From: an uncultured delta proteobacterium
Lineage (GTDB): Bacteria; Myxococcota; UBA727; VGSZ01
Direction of reading: 5' to 3'
Assembly (NCBI GenBank): GCA_963775425.1
Contig: CAVZJB010000008.1
Span: forward strand, 64,001 to 128,000
Length of the DNA stretch: 64,000 bases
Below, one piece after another: positions 1-9,378 of this stretch. The notes beneath the pieces are model-generated. The model ran no database searches. It worked only from the letters and a program-made list of their open reading frames with translations, and had not been told where the DNA came from. A program made the translations under genes and the position numbers. The stretch's first letter is position 1. Each line of letters opens with the position of its first letter.

Positions 1-789
1 GACGACCACGCCTGGGCGGGCCGCGCGGTCCTCCAGCGCACGGCGCTGCCGCACGTGAGCCTCGCCGACGCCGGCACCGCCCGAGGCCTGTTCACCGCCG
101 ACGACGAGCGGGCGCGCGCGGTCGGCGACCTGCGCGCCATCCCGTTGTTCGCGCAGGGCGAGGCCGTCGCCTGCCTCGTCGTCGTCGTCCCGCCGGGCGA
201 GCGGCTCCGCCCCGCCACCATCGAGTCGCTCGTGGTCGCCGCGGACCTCGCCGGCGTCGCCATCGGCGGCGCCCGCCTGTTCGAGACGGTGCAGCGCCAG
301 GCCACCACCGACGGCCTCACGGGCCTGTTGAACCGCCGCACCCTCGACGAGAAGCTCGCGGAGGCGGTGGCGCGCGCGCGGCGGATGCGGACGCCGCTGT
401 GCACGGTGCTCGTCGACGTAGACCACTTCAAGAGCGTCAACGACACCTACGGTCACGGCACCGGTGACGACGTCCTGCGCGGCATCTCGCGCGCGTTGGC
501 GGAGACCGTACGCACCAGCGACGTCGTCGCCCGCTACGGCGGCGAGGAGCTGTGCGCCGTCCTCGAGGGCACCGACGCGGCCGGCGCCCACCGCCTGGCC
601 GAGCGGATGCGCCTGGCGGTGAAGGGCCTGCGGTTCGACACCGAGAAGGGCCCGGTCTCCGTCACGGCCTCCTTCGGGGTGGGCGTGTTCGCCGGCGGTG
701 ACGACGCCCGTGCGCTCCTCGAAAAGGCCGACGCCGGCCTGTACAAAGCGAAGCAATCGGGCCGCGACCGCGTCGTCGCCGGCGGCTGA
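1..789 (+). CDS. GAF-GGDEF diguanylate cyclase (5' end outside window)
   Basis: TDGLTGLLNRR, DVDHFKSVNDTYGH, RYGGEE active site preceded by RxxD (RTSD) I-site; GAF-like end upstream; frame open from base 1. Confidence 0.92.
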   Translation, partial: DDHAWAGRAVLQRTALPHVSLADAGTARGLFTADDERARAVGDLRAIPLFAQGEAVACLVVVVPPGERLRPATIESLVVAADLAGVAIGGARLFETVQRQATTDGLTGLLNRRTLDEKLAEAVARARRMRTPLCTVLVDVDHFKSVNDTYGHGTGDDVLRGISRALAETVRTSDVVARYGGEELCAVLEGTDAAGAHRLAERMRLAVKGLRFDTEKGPVSVTASFGVGVFAGGDDARALLEKADAGLYKAKQSGRDRVVAGG

Positions 790-858
790 GCGCCGACGCG
801 GAGCGTCGCCCCACCCGGCCGTTGCGCCGTGAGCGCTTTCCGTGGGATCAAACCCGAT

Positions 859-2262
859 ATGCAGCAGCGCGCCAAAAAGACGTCGTCGCAGAAGAGCTCC
901 GGTCAGAAGGGGAGCGCCGCCAACAACCGAGGCAAGAAGGTCTTCGTCCTCGACACCAACGTGCTGCTGCACGACCCGCGCGCCATGTTCTCGTTCGAGG
1001 ACAACGACGTCGTCATCCCCATCTACGTCGTCGAGGAGATCGACTCCTTCAAGAAGGACCTCTCCGAGCTCGGCCGGAACGCGCGTCAGGTCAGCCGCTA
1101 CCTCGACCAGCTCCGCGACGACGGCTCGCTGGCGCGCGGCGTGAAGCTCGACCGCGGCGGCACCCTGAGGGTGGCCACGACGCACAAGGTGCTTCCGCCC
1201 GAGGTCACCACGGACCGCGGGCAGGACAGCAAGATCCTCGCGGTGGCGGCGGAGCTCACCGACCAGCAGCGCCGCAGCAAAGGGCCGCGCGTGGTGTTCA
1301 TCACCAAGGACACCAACCTGCGCATCCGCGCCGACGCCATCGGCATCTTCACGGAGGACTTCGAGCCCGAGCACATCGTCATCGACGAGCTGTACAAGGG
1401 CTGGGAGGAGGTGGACATCGAGGGCCACCTCGTCGACAAGTTCTACGCCGAGGGCGGCCTCGACCTGCCCGACCCGTATCGTCCGCCCAACGAGTACCTG
1501 TGCCTCAAGGACAAGGGCAACCCGCAGCGCACGGCGCTCGGGCGCGTGAAGCTCGACGTGCAGAACCTCAAGGCGCGCGTCGAGCCCATCGACGCCTTCA
1601 AACAGGGCGTCTGGGGCATCCGCCCGCGCAACCGCGAGCAGTTCTTCGCGCTCGACGCCCTCCTCGACGACAAGATCAAGCTCGTCACTTTGGTGGGCAA
1701 GGCGGGCTCGGGCAAGACGCTCATGGCCATCGCCGCGGGCTTGTTGAAGTGCACGGAGGAGAACGTGTTCCAGCGCCTGCTGGTGTCGCGACCCATCTTC
1801 CCGCTCGGCAAGGACATCGGTTACCTCCCCGGCGACGTCGAGGAGAAGCTCAACCCGTGGATGCAGCCCATCTTCGACAACGTCGAGTTCCTGATGGGGC
1901 TCACGCAGAAAGACAAGAAGCGCGGCCGCTCCTACAAGGAGCTGCTCGACATGGGCATGATGCAGATCGAGCCGCTCACGTACATCCGCGGCCGCAGCAT
2001 CCCCAACCAGTACATGATCGTGGACGAGGCGCAGAACCTCACGCCCCACGAGGTGAAGACCATCATCTCGCGCGCGGGTGAAGGCACCAAGATCGTGCTC
2101 ACCGGCGACCCCTACCAGATCGACAACCCCTACGTGGACCAGACCAACAACGGCCTCGTCCACACGGTGAACCGCTTCCGCAGCGAGAAGATCGCCGCCC
2201 ACGTCACGCTGGTGAAGGGCGAGCGCAGCGAGCTCGCGGAGATCGCGGCGAACGTCCTGTAG
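859..2262 (+). CDS. PhoH2-type protein (PIN domain + PhoH ATPase)
   Basis: N-terminal PIN motif VLDTNVLL and TKDTNLRIRA; Walker A GKAGSGKT; RGRS and DEAQN PhoH motifs; ATG 859 preferred over GTG 829. Confidence 0.93.
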   Translation: MQQRAKKTSSQKSSGQKGSAANNRGKKVFVLDTNVLLHDPRAMFSFEDNDVVIPIYVVEEIDSFKKDLSELGRNARQVSRYLDQLRDDGSLARGVKLDRGGTLRVATTHKVLPPEVTTDRGQDSKILAVAAELTDQQRRSKGPRVVFITKDTNLRIRADAIGIFTEDFEPEHIVIDELYKGWEEVDIEGHLVDKFYAEGGLDLPDPYRPPNEYLCLKDKGNPQRTALGRVKLDVQNLKARVEPIDAFKQGVWGIRPRNREQFFALDALLDDKIKLVTLVGKAGSGKTLMAIAAGLLKCTEENVFQRLLVSRPIFPLGKDIGYLPGDVEEKLNPWMQPIFDNVEFLMGLTQKDKKRGRSYKELLDMGMMQIEPLTYIRGRSIPNQYMIVDEAQNLTPHEVKTIISRAGEGTKIVLTGDPYQIDNPYVDQTNNGLVHTVNRFRSEKIAAHVTLVKGERSELAEIAANVL

Positions 2263-2394
2263 CTCCGTCGGCGGCTGACGACGAGCAGCGTCGTGCACGA
2301 CGAGGGCGTCCTTGCATAGGAGGCCTGCGCCTTTTCGACGACGATCGGGGATCGGCGGCGGAGGTGTCGCGCGTAGGCGTCTCGCAGGAGCGGG

Positions 2395-4053
2395 ATGCAA
2401 GCGCTTGCGCCGAGGTCGTTGGGTGTGCTCGTTGCTGCGATGATGAGCGCAGGCGCCGGCGGGTGTGCGTACGAGCTCGGCTGCACGGCCGACGCCGACT
2501 GCCCCGGTGACGAGTCGTGTTTCCGCGCGCGCTGCGCCGTCGTCGTCGAGGTCGAGGGCGAGGGCGAGGGCGAAGGCGAAGGAGAAGGCGAAGGCGAAGG
2601 AGAAGGCGAAGGAGAGGGCGAAGGAGAAGGCGAAGGAGAGGGCGAAGGAGAGGGCGAAGGAGAGGGCGAGGGCGAGGGCGAGGGCGAAGGCGAAGGCGAA
2701 GGAGAGGGAGAGGGCGAAGGAGAGGGCGAGGGCGAAGGAGAGGGCGACCCGTGCGGCAACGGCGCCTTCGACGGCGGCGAAGAGTGCGACGACGGCAACA
2801 CCGCCGACGGCGACGGCTGCAGCGCCGCGTGCGTCGTCGAGGACCACTTCGCCTGCCGCGGGCAACCGAGCGTGTGCGACGGCGTCTGCGGCGACGGCTT
2901 CATCGTGGGCGCGGAGACCTGCGACGACCAGAACGCGAGCCCGGCCGACGGCTGTGACGCGTGCGCCGTGAGCGCGGGCTTTCGCTGCGTGGGAGCGCCG
3001 AGCGCGTGCTTTCCGGACTTCGCCTTCCCCGTCACCGGCGTCGACACCACCGCGCTCACGCCGCACGGCGCGCTTCACATCACCTGCAACACGCGGCTCG
3101 ACACGACGGACGCGCAGCCGACGTTCAGCAACGCGTCCTGCGTCGACGGCTTCGACCCCGCGAGCGTCACCGACGCCGCGGACGGCAGCATGACCATCGC
3201 GGTCACCGGCCTCGTCATCGACGGCTCCCGCACGCTCACCATCGAGGGCACGCGCGCGCTCACCTTCGCAGTCTTCGGCGACGCGAGCATCGCCGGCGTC
3301 GTCACGGCGCCGGGGAGCTCGAACGGCGCGGGCCCGGGGGCGCGCGCGGCCGGCGACGCCGCCTGCACCGCCGGCGCCGGCGGGAACCATAACAACGGCG
3401 GCGGCGGGGGCGGCGGGGGCGGCTTCGGCACGACCGGCGGCGACGGCGGCCAGGGCAACGGCGGCGGCTCCGCGTCCGGCGGCGCAGCGTTCGCCGCGGG
3501 CGCGCTCCGCCTCGGCGGCTGCCCCGGCGGCGACGGCGGCTCAGACGGCAACGCGAACGGCGGCGGCGGCGGGGGCGGCGGGGGCGCCCTGCAGCTCGCG
3601 GTCGCGGGCGCGCTCGTCGTCACCGGCAGCGTGGGCGCGCCCGGCGCGGGCGGGGGCGGCTCGTCGACGCAATCGAGCAAGCACGCGGGCGGCGCCGGCG
3701 GCGGCTCCGGCGGCCTCGTGCGCATCGAGGCGGACTCCGTGGACGTCTCCGGCCACATCACGGCCAACGGCGGCGGCGGCGGCTCCGGACGCGACGCCGG
3801 CGGAAACGGCGGGCGCGACGGCAACGACGGCTCCGCCACCAACACCAACGCCGCGAGCGGCGCGACCAGCGGGACCGACGGGGGCGACGGCGCTTCCACC
3901 AGCGATGCCGGCGACGGTCAGGACGGCGGCTCGTCGAACGGCGCCGGCGGCGGTGGCGGCGGCGCCGGCGTGCTCGACGTCGCGTCGCACACCACGTGCA
4001 CGCTGGACCCGACGCGGATCAGCCCGCCGGCCGCCTGCCGCACGATCCCCTGA
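2395..4053 (+). CDS. Probable lipoprotein: (EG)32 linker, myxobacterial Cys-rich repeats (DUF4215-like), glycine-rich C-terminal domain
   Basis: Signal-like N-terminus ending AGGC; CGNGAFDGGEECDDGN and CGDGFIVGAETCDD repeats; many GGGGG tracts. Confidence 0.8.
   Translation: MQALAPRSLGVLVAAMMSAGAGGCAYELGCTADADCPGDESCFRARCAVVVEVEGEGEGEGEGEGEGEGEGEGEGEGEGEGEGEGEGEGEGEGEGEGEGEGEGEGEGEGEGEGEGEGDPCGNGAFDGGEECDDGNTADGDGCSAACVVEDHFACRGQPSVCDGVCGDGFIVGAETCDDQNASPADGCDACAVSAGFRCVGAPSACFPDFAFPVTGVDTTALTPHGALHITCNTRLDTTDAQPTFSNASCVDGFDPASVTDAADGSMTIAVTGLVIDGSRTLTIEGTRALTFAVFGDASIAGVVTAPGSSNGAGPGARAAGDAACTAGAGGNHNNGGGGGGGGGFGTTGGDGGQGNGGGSASGGAAFAAGALRLGGCPGGDGGSDGNANGGGGGGGGGALQLAVAGALVVTGSVGAPGAGGGGSSTQSSKHAGGAGGGSGGLVRIEADSVDVSGHITANGGGGGSGRDAGGNGGRDGNDGSATNTNAASGATSGTDGGDGASTSDAGDGQDGGSSNGAGGGGGGAGVLDVASHTTCTLDPTRISPPAACRTIP
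2554..2745 (+). repeat. GAR-GGN hexamer tandem repeat encoding (Glu-Gly)x32
   Basis: 192 nt of gagggc/gaaggc/gaagga units read directly. Confidence 0.97.
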
Positions 4054-4134
4054 GGGAGCGGCCGCGTTCAAGTGCGACCGGAGGGAGCGGCCGCGTTCAA
4101 GTGCGACCGGAGGGAGCGGCCGCGTTCAAGTGCG
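4052..4134 (+). repeat. 29-bp tandem repeat x~3 (gagggagcggccgcgttcaagtgcgaccg)
   Basis: Units start at 4052, 4081 and 4110; no spacers; core GCGACCGGAGGGAGCGGC recurs elsewhere in the window. Confidence 0.95.
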
Positions 4135-4181
4135 CCGCGCGCTGTGGGCGGGGCGAGGATTTCCGTGAGGTGACCCTTGCA

Positions 4182-4294
4182 GCGGCGAGGTCCTTCCCCG
4201 CAGGGCGCCCGCCACCGGCACCTTGGCGGCGTTGCTTGCGGCCCGTCTCGGCGCGAAGAGAACCTGGGCGCCCGCAGGGGAAGGGCCTCGCCGC
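4182..4294. repeat. Imperfect 29-bp inverted repeat pair (MITE/REPIN-like hairpin)
   Basis: gcggcgaggtccttccccgcagggcgccc (4182-4210) vs gggcgcccgcaggggaagggcctcgccgc (4266-4294), between convergent genes. Confidence 0.75.
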
Positions 4295-4332
4295 CGGATC
4301 AGGCGGCGCGGCCCGTCCCTCTCGGGCGGCGT

Positions 4333-5949
4333 TCAATTGCCCTTCGGCGGGAAGTTGCCCTTCCTGATCGACTCCATCAGCTTCTTGCGGACGTCCGGGG
4401 GCAGCTTGTCCATGCCGGGGATCATGCCGCCGCCGCCCATCATCCCCGCAGGAGGCGTGGGTGGCTTCTTGAAGAGGTCGTCGGGCTTGTCGAGGCGGTT
4501 GCGGGTGAAGGCCGCGACGACGTAGGTGAGGTCGTCGACGCCGCCCTTGGCGTAATACTCGCGCGGCTTGGCGTCCTTCTTGGCGTCGTCACCGAGCGCC
4601 ACCGGCTCGCCGAAGCGCAGCACCTGCTTCTTGCCGCCTTTGAGGTCGATCTCGACGACCGGCGAGGGCCTGGCCATCGCGGTCTTGGGCGCGTCGTCGG
4701 CGAGGTGCGTGGCGCGCGTGCGCAACAAGCTCCCGACCTGCATCCCGATCTGCGACGCGTCGAAGCCGTCGGGCGCCTTCTTGGGCTCCACGAGCTTCCA
4801 CGCGGTGCCGTCCTTCTTCACCACCAGCGTGCCCTGCGAGCCCTTGAAGGTGACCTTCTCGATGTTCGCGATGTCGGCGTCGACGAGCGTCATCTCGCGC
4901 ATGTCGTCGAGCGTGCGGTTGAGCTGCTTGGCGCTGTAGCTCGCCACCAGGTAGACCTGAGGGTCGCCGTCGAGCTTCACGTAGACGCGCTTCTTGTCGT
5001 CTTCCTTGCCGACGTTGATGACGACGCTCTTGCCGTCCTTGGTGGTGAGCTCCACCTTGGTGTGCGCGCCGGCGAGGCCGGCGTCGGCGTCGCTCACGCC
5101 GTCGGCGAAGTCCTGCGCGCGCAGCGTGGCGACGGCCGACGCCACCCGCGACAGTTGCGACTTGTCGAGGCGGAAGCCCGCGGGCAGCGACGAAGGCTCG
5201 ACGAGGCTCCACTCGGGCCGCGGCGGCGGCGGTGGCGGACCCGCGTCGGGCGTGTCCGGCGCCGGCGGCGCCGGCGGGGTCTTGGCCTCGACCACGACCT
5301 TCTGTCCGTCGGCGGACGTGGTGGCGACGCGGGTGATGTCGTCGAGCTTGACGTCGACGATGGCCTTCTTGCGCCAGCCGCTCACGTCCTTCTTGATGAT
5401 GCTGCCGAGGCGCCCCTTGGCGACGTAGACGTCGCTGGAGCCCGCCTTGCGCACGGTGCTCCCGCCGCCCTTGGCCGGCCGGCCGAACACGAGGTCGAGC
5501 GCCTTGCCCTCCTTGGTCGAGACGACCACCACCGTGCCCTGGGCGTCGTCGATGTCGAAGTCGGCGAGCTTGTCTTTCTTGTTGGAGATGAGGTCGCCGG
5601 TGGCAAAGTCGTCGACCGCGTCGAGCACCATCTTCATCTGGGCGTCGTCGGCGGCGTACTTCTTGTCGGCGGCGACGCCGTCGTAGACCTTCCAGCTCTC
5701 GCCGTCCTTCTCGAGCACCACCTTGCGGGCCGGCGCGTTGGACGCGGGGCCGGCGTCGGCCGCGTCGCCCGGCGTGGGCGCGGGCATGGTGACGTCGATC
5801 TTGGTGACGGCGTCTTTGTCGATCTTTTCGACTTTGAGCTCCTTGACGCCCTCTTTCGCCTCCTTGCCCTGCTGCCCGATGACGATGAACAGCAGCACCA
5901 CGAAGACGATGAGGGCGATGACGAGCCCGATGCCTCCGTTCTTGCTCAC
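4333..5949 (-). CDS. DUF4340-domain membrane-anchored protein
   Basis: N-terminal TM helix, repeated W(K/S)(L/V)xxP modules; last gene of a GldA/F/G-like operon with overlapping stop/start. Confidence 0.8.
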   Translation of the reverse strand: MSKNGGIGLVIALIVFVVLLFIVIGQQGKEAKEGVKELKVEKIDKDAVTKIDVTMPAPTPGDAADAGPASNAPARKVVLEKDGESWKVYDGVAADKKYAADDAQMKMVLDAVDDFATGDLISNKKDKLADFDIDDAQGTVVVVSTKEGKALDLVFGRPAKGGGSTVRKAGSSDVYVAKGRLGSIIKKDVSGWRKKAIVDVKLDDITRVATTSADGQKVVVEAKTPPAPPAPDTPDAGPPPPPPRPEWSLVEPSSLPAGFRLDKSQLSRVASAVATLRAQDFADGVSDADAGLAGAHTKVELTTKDGKSVVINVGKEDDKKRVYVKLDGDPQVYLVASYSAKQLNRTLDDMREMTLVDADIANIEKVTFKGSQGTLVVKKDGTAWKLVEPKKAPDGFDASQIGMQVGSLLRTRATHLADDAPKTAMARPSPVVEIDLKGGKKQVLRFGEPVALGDDAKKDAKPREYYAKGGVDDLTYVVAAFTRNRLDKPDDLFKKPPTPPAGMMGGGGMIPGMDKLPPDVRKKLMESIRKGNFPPKGN

Positions 5950-7574
5950 ACTGCACCTCCGGCCGCGCTCATCAGGCGGCGACGACGCGCCTCACGCAGG
6001 CGCCAGCGAACGATGCCCACGATCACGAGGAGCAGGGGCACCCCGATGACGTTTCCGTACTTCACGCCGTTGCGCGCCCCGTCCGACAGATCGGGCGCGA
6101 ACGGCGCCTCGGACTGGCCGCGCGTGCGCATCTCGAGGAGCTTCTTGTCGAGCGACAGCCAGTCGACCATGTTGAGCACGAGCGCGGCGTTCTGCGGCCC
6201 CATCACCTGCGGGCTGAAGATGGACGAGGTGCCGGCGACGACGACGCGCGCCTCGTTCTCGCTGCTCTTTCCCTGCTCGGCGTACGACGGGAGCTGGCCC
6301 CGGGCCTGCGCGATGAGCGTGTAGGGGCCGGTGAAGCCGACGTCGGCGGAGCCCCAGTCACGGCGCGGGTTGAGGTTCTCCGGCGAGGCGTCCTCGAGCC
6401 AGCTCTTGGCCGACGACCTGGCCAGCGGCTTCACGTCGAGGCCCGCGATGTCCTTCTTGGGGAACAGGGGCGTCGGGAACGGCAGCGTGATGTCCGTGAT
6501 GCCCTTGGTCATGGGGCTGTCGCCCTCGAGCGCCTTGGGCATGGGGATGAACGGGTACTTGAGCGGCATGGCGATGACCATGAAGCCGCGCTTCTCCTGC
6601 ACGTTGAGGCTGGCGCACTCGACGTCGCCCACGAGCTGGGAGCCGAGGTCGACGCCGTAGGCCGAGACGAGCGCGTCGAGGTTCTCGCCGTTCGGCGTCG
6701 GCTGGAAGGTCTTGAAGTCGATGATGTCCTTGTCGAGGAAGAAGCCCGCCGACTTGCCCTTCATCATCCAGGCGTCGATGGCCTTCATCTCGTCCTCGGT
6801 GTACGGCTTGGTGGGGCCGATGACGAGGAGCGTGTCGATGTCGTCAGGCACCGGGTTGGTGCCGAGGTTCACCGCCTTGACCTCGTAGTTGGGCTTCAAC
6901 AGTTGGGTGAACTTGGAGAGGTCGTGCCCCTGGTCCTCGGGCGACGACGCCTCGAGCGCGGGCTCGCCGTGGCCCTGCACGATGCCGATGACGGGCGTCT
7001 TCTTGCGCACCATCTTGCGGATCATGGTGGTGAGGTCGTACTCGAGCGTGGTGGTGTCCTGCACCACGGGGATGGCGTCCTTGTCCTCGCCGTAGCGGAT
7101 GGCCAGGCCCATGTACGCGCGCTTGGTCTGCGCCTGGTCCTCCTCGAAGACGCGCACCTCGACGGGTTGGATGCCGAGCCCCTCGAGCTCCGTCTCCACC
7201 GAGGTCTTCTCGCGGACGGCGCGGCCGAAGATGTCGTGCTTGACGTCCTTCTTCTTCTCCTTGTCCTCGTCCGTCTCCTGGCTCTGCGGGTCGATGAACT
7301 CGAAGGAGAGGTTGCCGTGTGACGCCGCGCGGTACTCCTCGAGGAGGTCCTTGAGGTAGCGCGCGTTGTCCGAGAACGGCGGCGGCAGGTTCTCCGTGAA
7401 GTACGCGGTGACCTTCACGGGGTTTTCGAGGTCCTTGAGCGTGTCGCGCGTGGCGTCGGACAGCGTGAAGGCCTTGTCGTGCGTGAGGTCGAGCCGCGTG
7501 AACAGCCCGATGGACACGACGTTCAACAGGATGAGGGAGCCCGCGATGAGCAGGGCGAATGCGGATTTCTGCAT
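5946..7574 (-). CDS. GldG-like ABC-transporter auxiliary component
   Basis: RLDLTHDKAFTLSDAT, FIDP, LEYDLT, GHGE, NMVDWL motifs; N- and C-terminal TM helices; real start ATG 7574. Confidence 0.88.
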   Translation of the reverse strand: MQKSAFALLIAGSLILLNVVSIGLFTRLDLTHDKAFTLSDATRDTLKDLENPVKVTAYFTENLPPPFSDNARYLKDLLEEYRAASHGNLSFEFIDPQSQETDEDKEKKKDVKHDIFGRAVREKTSVETELEGLGIQPVEVRVFEEDQAQTKRAYMGLAIRYGEDKDAIPVVQDTTTLEYDLTTMIRKMVRKKTPVIGIVQGHGEPALEASSPEDQGHDLSKFTQLLKPNYEVKAVNLGTNPVPDDIDTLLVIGPTKPYTEDEMKAIDAWMMKGKSAGFFLDKDIIDFKTFQPTPNGENLDALVSAYGVDLGSQLVGDVECASLNVQEKRGFMVIAMPLKYPFIPMPKALEGDSPMTKGITDITLPFPTPLFPKKDIAGLDVKPLARSSAKSWLEDASPENLNPRRDWGSADVGFTGPYTLIAQARGQLPSYAEQGKSSENEARVVVAGTSSIFSPQVMGPQNAALVLNMVDWLSLDKKLLEMRTRGQSEAPFAPDLSDGARNGVKYGNVIGVPLLLVIVGIVRWRLREARRRRLMSAAGGAV

Positions 7575-7576
7575 GA

Positions 7577-8302
7577 TTACTGCCTCACCGACGCCAACTG
7601 GCGCGTGGTTCCGATCAGCCCGATCGCGGTGACGGTGATGTAATAGAAGAGGTCGCGCGTATCGATGACGCCGCGGGCGATGTTCTCGAAGTGGTAGTTG
7701 ACGCTGAGGTACTGCGCGATGCCCGCGAGGGACTCCGGCAGCACGATGGCGATGCGGTCCGGGATCCACAGCGCGAAGCAGAGCGCCAGGCCGACGATGA
7801 ACCCGACGATCTGGTTCTTGTTCATGGCGGAGGCCCACATGCCCCACGCGAGGAACGACGACGCCATCAGCATCACCCCGACGTAGCCGCCGATGACGGG
7901 GCCCCAGTCGAAGGTGACGCCCGGCGCCGTGACCGCCACGAGGCTGAACGGGTAGGGAAGCGTGAACAGCATGGCCACGCCGACGGTGGCGAGCGCGGCG
8001 AGGAACTTGCCCGCCACCACCTCCCACTCCTTCACCGGCAACGTCATCAGCATCTCGAGCGTGCCGCTTTTGCGCTCCTCGGCGATGAGCCGCATGGTGA
8101 TGGCGGGCGCGAGGAACAGGAACAGCACGGGCGCGAGCCCGAAGAACCCGCGCATGCTGGCCTTGCCCACGATGAACAGGCCCGAGAAGAAGAAGAAGAG
8201 GTAGCCGGCGGCCGCGAGGAAGACGCCGAGCACGATGTACGCGATGGGCGCGTTGAAGAACGCAGCCAGCTCTCGCCTGGCGATGCGCAACGTATGGCTC
8301 AT
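7577..8302 (-). CDS. GldF-like ABC-2 permease
   Basis: RRELAAFFNAPIAY, PAITMRLIAEERKSGTLEMLMTLP, GVIDTRDLFYY; ATG 8302 overlaps upstream stop. Confidence 0.9.
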   Translation of the reverse strand: MSHTLRIARRELAAFFNAPIAYIVLGVFLAAAGYLFFFFSGLFIVGKASMRGFFGLAPVLFLFLAPAITMRLIAEERKSGTLEMLMTLPVKEWEVVAGKFLAALATVGVAMLFTLPYPFSLVAVTAPGVTFDWGPVIGGYVGVMLMASSFLAWGMWASAMNKNQIVGFIVGLALCFALWIPDRIAIVLPESLAGIAQYLSVNYHFENIARGVIDTRDLFYYITVTAIGLIGTTRQLASVRQ

Positions 8303-9267
8303 GACTTGGCCTCCGCCTTCTCGTGGGTGGTGAGCTTGCGGAACGTCTCCTCGAGAGACATCGAACGGTGCTCGAGGCCGAGCAGCACGAGCTTGTTGTC
8401 GACGACGGTGTCGAACAGCTTGCGCCTCAGGTCGATCTTGCCCTTCACCGCGAGGGACAACGCGAGCGCGCCCTTCTCCGACGACGGCCGCTCGATGACC
8501 TTCTCGACGCCCTCGAGCTTGAGCACGTCCTTGACGTCGGCGAAGGCGACGGGGCCGTCCCTGCCGGTGACGATGAGGTCGACGGTGCCGCCCTCGGCGG
8601 CGAGCGAGTCGGGGGCGCCGTCGGCGACGATCTTGCCCTCGTTGATGATGACCGCGCGCGTGCACATGTGCTGCACCTCGGGCAGCACGTGGGTGGAGAG
8701 GATGACGGTCTTCTCCTTGCCCAGCTCGCGAATCAGGTTGCGAATCTCGACGACCTGGTTCGGGTCGAGGCCGGTGGTGGGCTCGTCGAGGATGAGCAGG
8801 TCGGGGTCGTGCAGGATGGCCTGGGCGAGACCCACGCGCTGCCGGAAGCCCTTGGAGAGCTCGCCGATGTCCTTGCCGCGCACCGTGCCGAGGCCGCAGC
8901 GCTCGACGGCGACGTCGATGGCGTGCGCCTTCTTGTCCGCGGGGACGTCGCGCATGTCGGCGACGTAGCCGAGGAGCTCGTCGACCATCATCTCCTCGTA
9001 GAGCGGGTTGTTCTCCGGGAGGTAGCCGACGTGCTTGCGCGCCTCGACGGGATCGTCGGTCACGGAGACGCCCGCGACCTTGACGCTCCCGGCGGTGCGC
9101 TCCACGTACCCGGTGAGGATCTTCATCGTCGTCGACTTCCCCGCGCCGTTGGGCCCGAGAAAACCGACGACCTGCCCTTTGGGAACCTCGAAGCTGATTC
9201 CGCGCAAAGCCTCGGTGGGCCCGTAGCGCTTCGTCAGTCCCTCGATGGCGATCATCGGACCGTCCAT
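8299..9267 (-). CDS. GldA-like ABC transporter ATP-binding protein
   Basis: GPNGAGKST, LSKGFRQRVGLAQA, LDEPTTGLDP; GGAGG RBS before ATG 9267. Confidence 0.93.
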   Translation of the reverse strand: MDGPMIAIEGLTKRYGPTEALRGISFEVPKGQVVGFLGPNGAGKSTTMKILTGYVERTAGSVKVAGVSVTDDPVEARKHVGYLPENNPLYEEMMVDELLGYVADMRDVPADKKAHAIDVAVERCGLGTVRGKDIGELSKGFRQRVGLAQAILHDPDLLILDEPTTGLDPNQVVEIRNLIRELGKEKTVILSTHVLPEVQHMCTRAVIINEGKIVADGAPDSLAAEGGTVDLIVTGRDGPVAFADVKDVLKLEGVEKVIERPSSEKGALALSLAVKGKIDLRRKLFDTVVDNKLVLLGLEHRSMSLEETFRKLTTHEKAEAKS

Positions 9268-9378
9268 GCAAACCTCCGCATCGTCGTTTCCGCGCGGAAT
9301 CTGCGCGCGGTCCACGACGTCGTCAAGAGCGAAGGTTCGGTCCTTTCTTATTCCCGGGAGCGGCGGGATCCGCCGGCG

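Noticed and set aside
2130-3059. (Pro-Ser)n or poly-Arg proteins in other frames of the EG repeats
   Set aside because: Automatic by-products of the hexamer repeat; the EG frame carries the signal peptide and domains
4052-4134. 29-bp repeats as a CRISPR array
   Set aside because: Units are head-to-tail with no unique spacers, and no cas genes are present
5946-9267. Bacteroidetes-type gliding/T9SS machinery
   Set aside because: Only the ABC components are present; no gldK/L/M/N or spr genes
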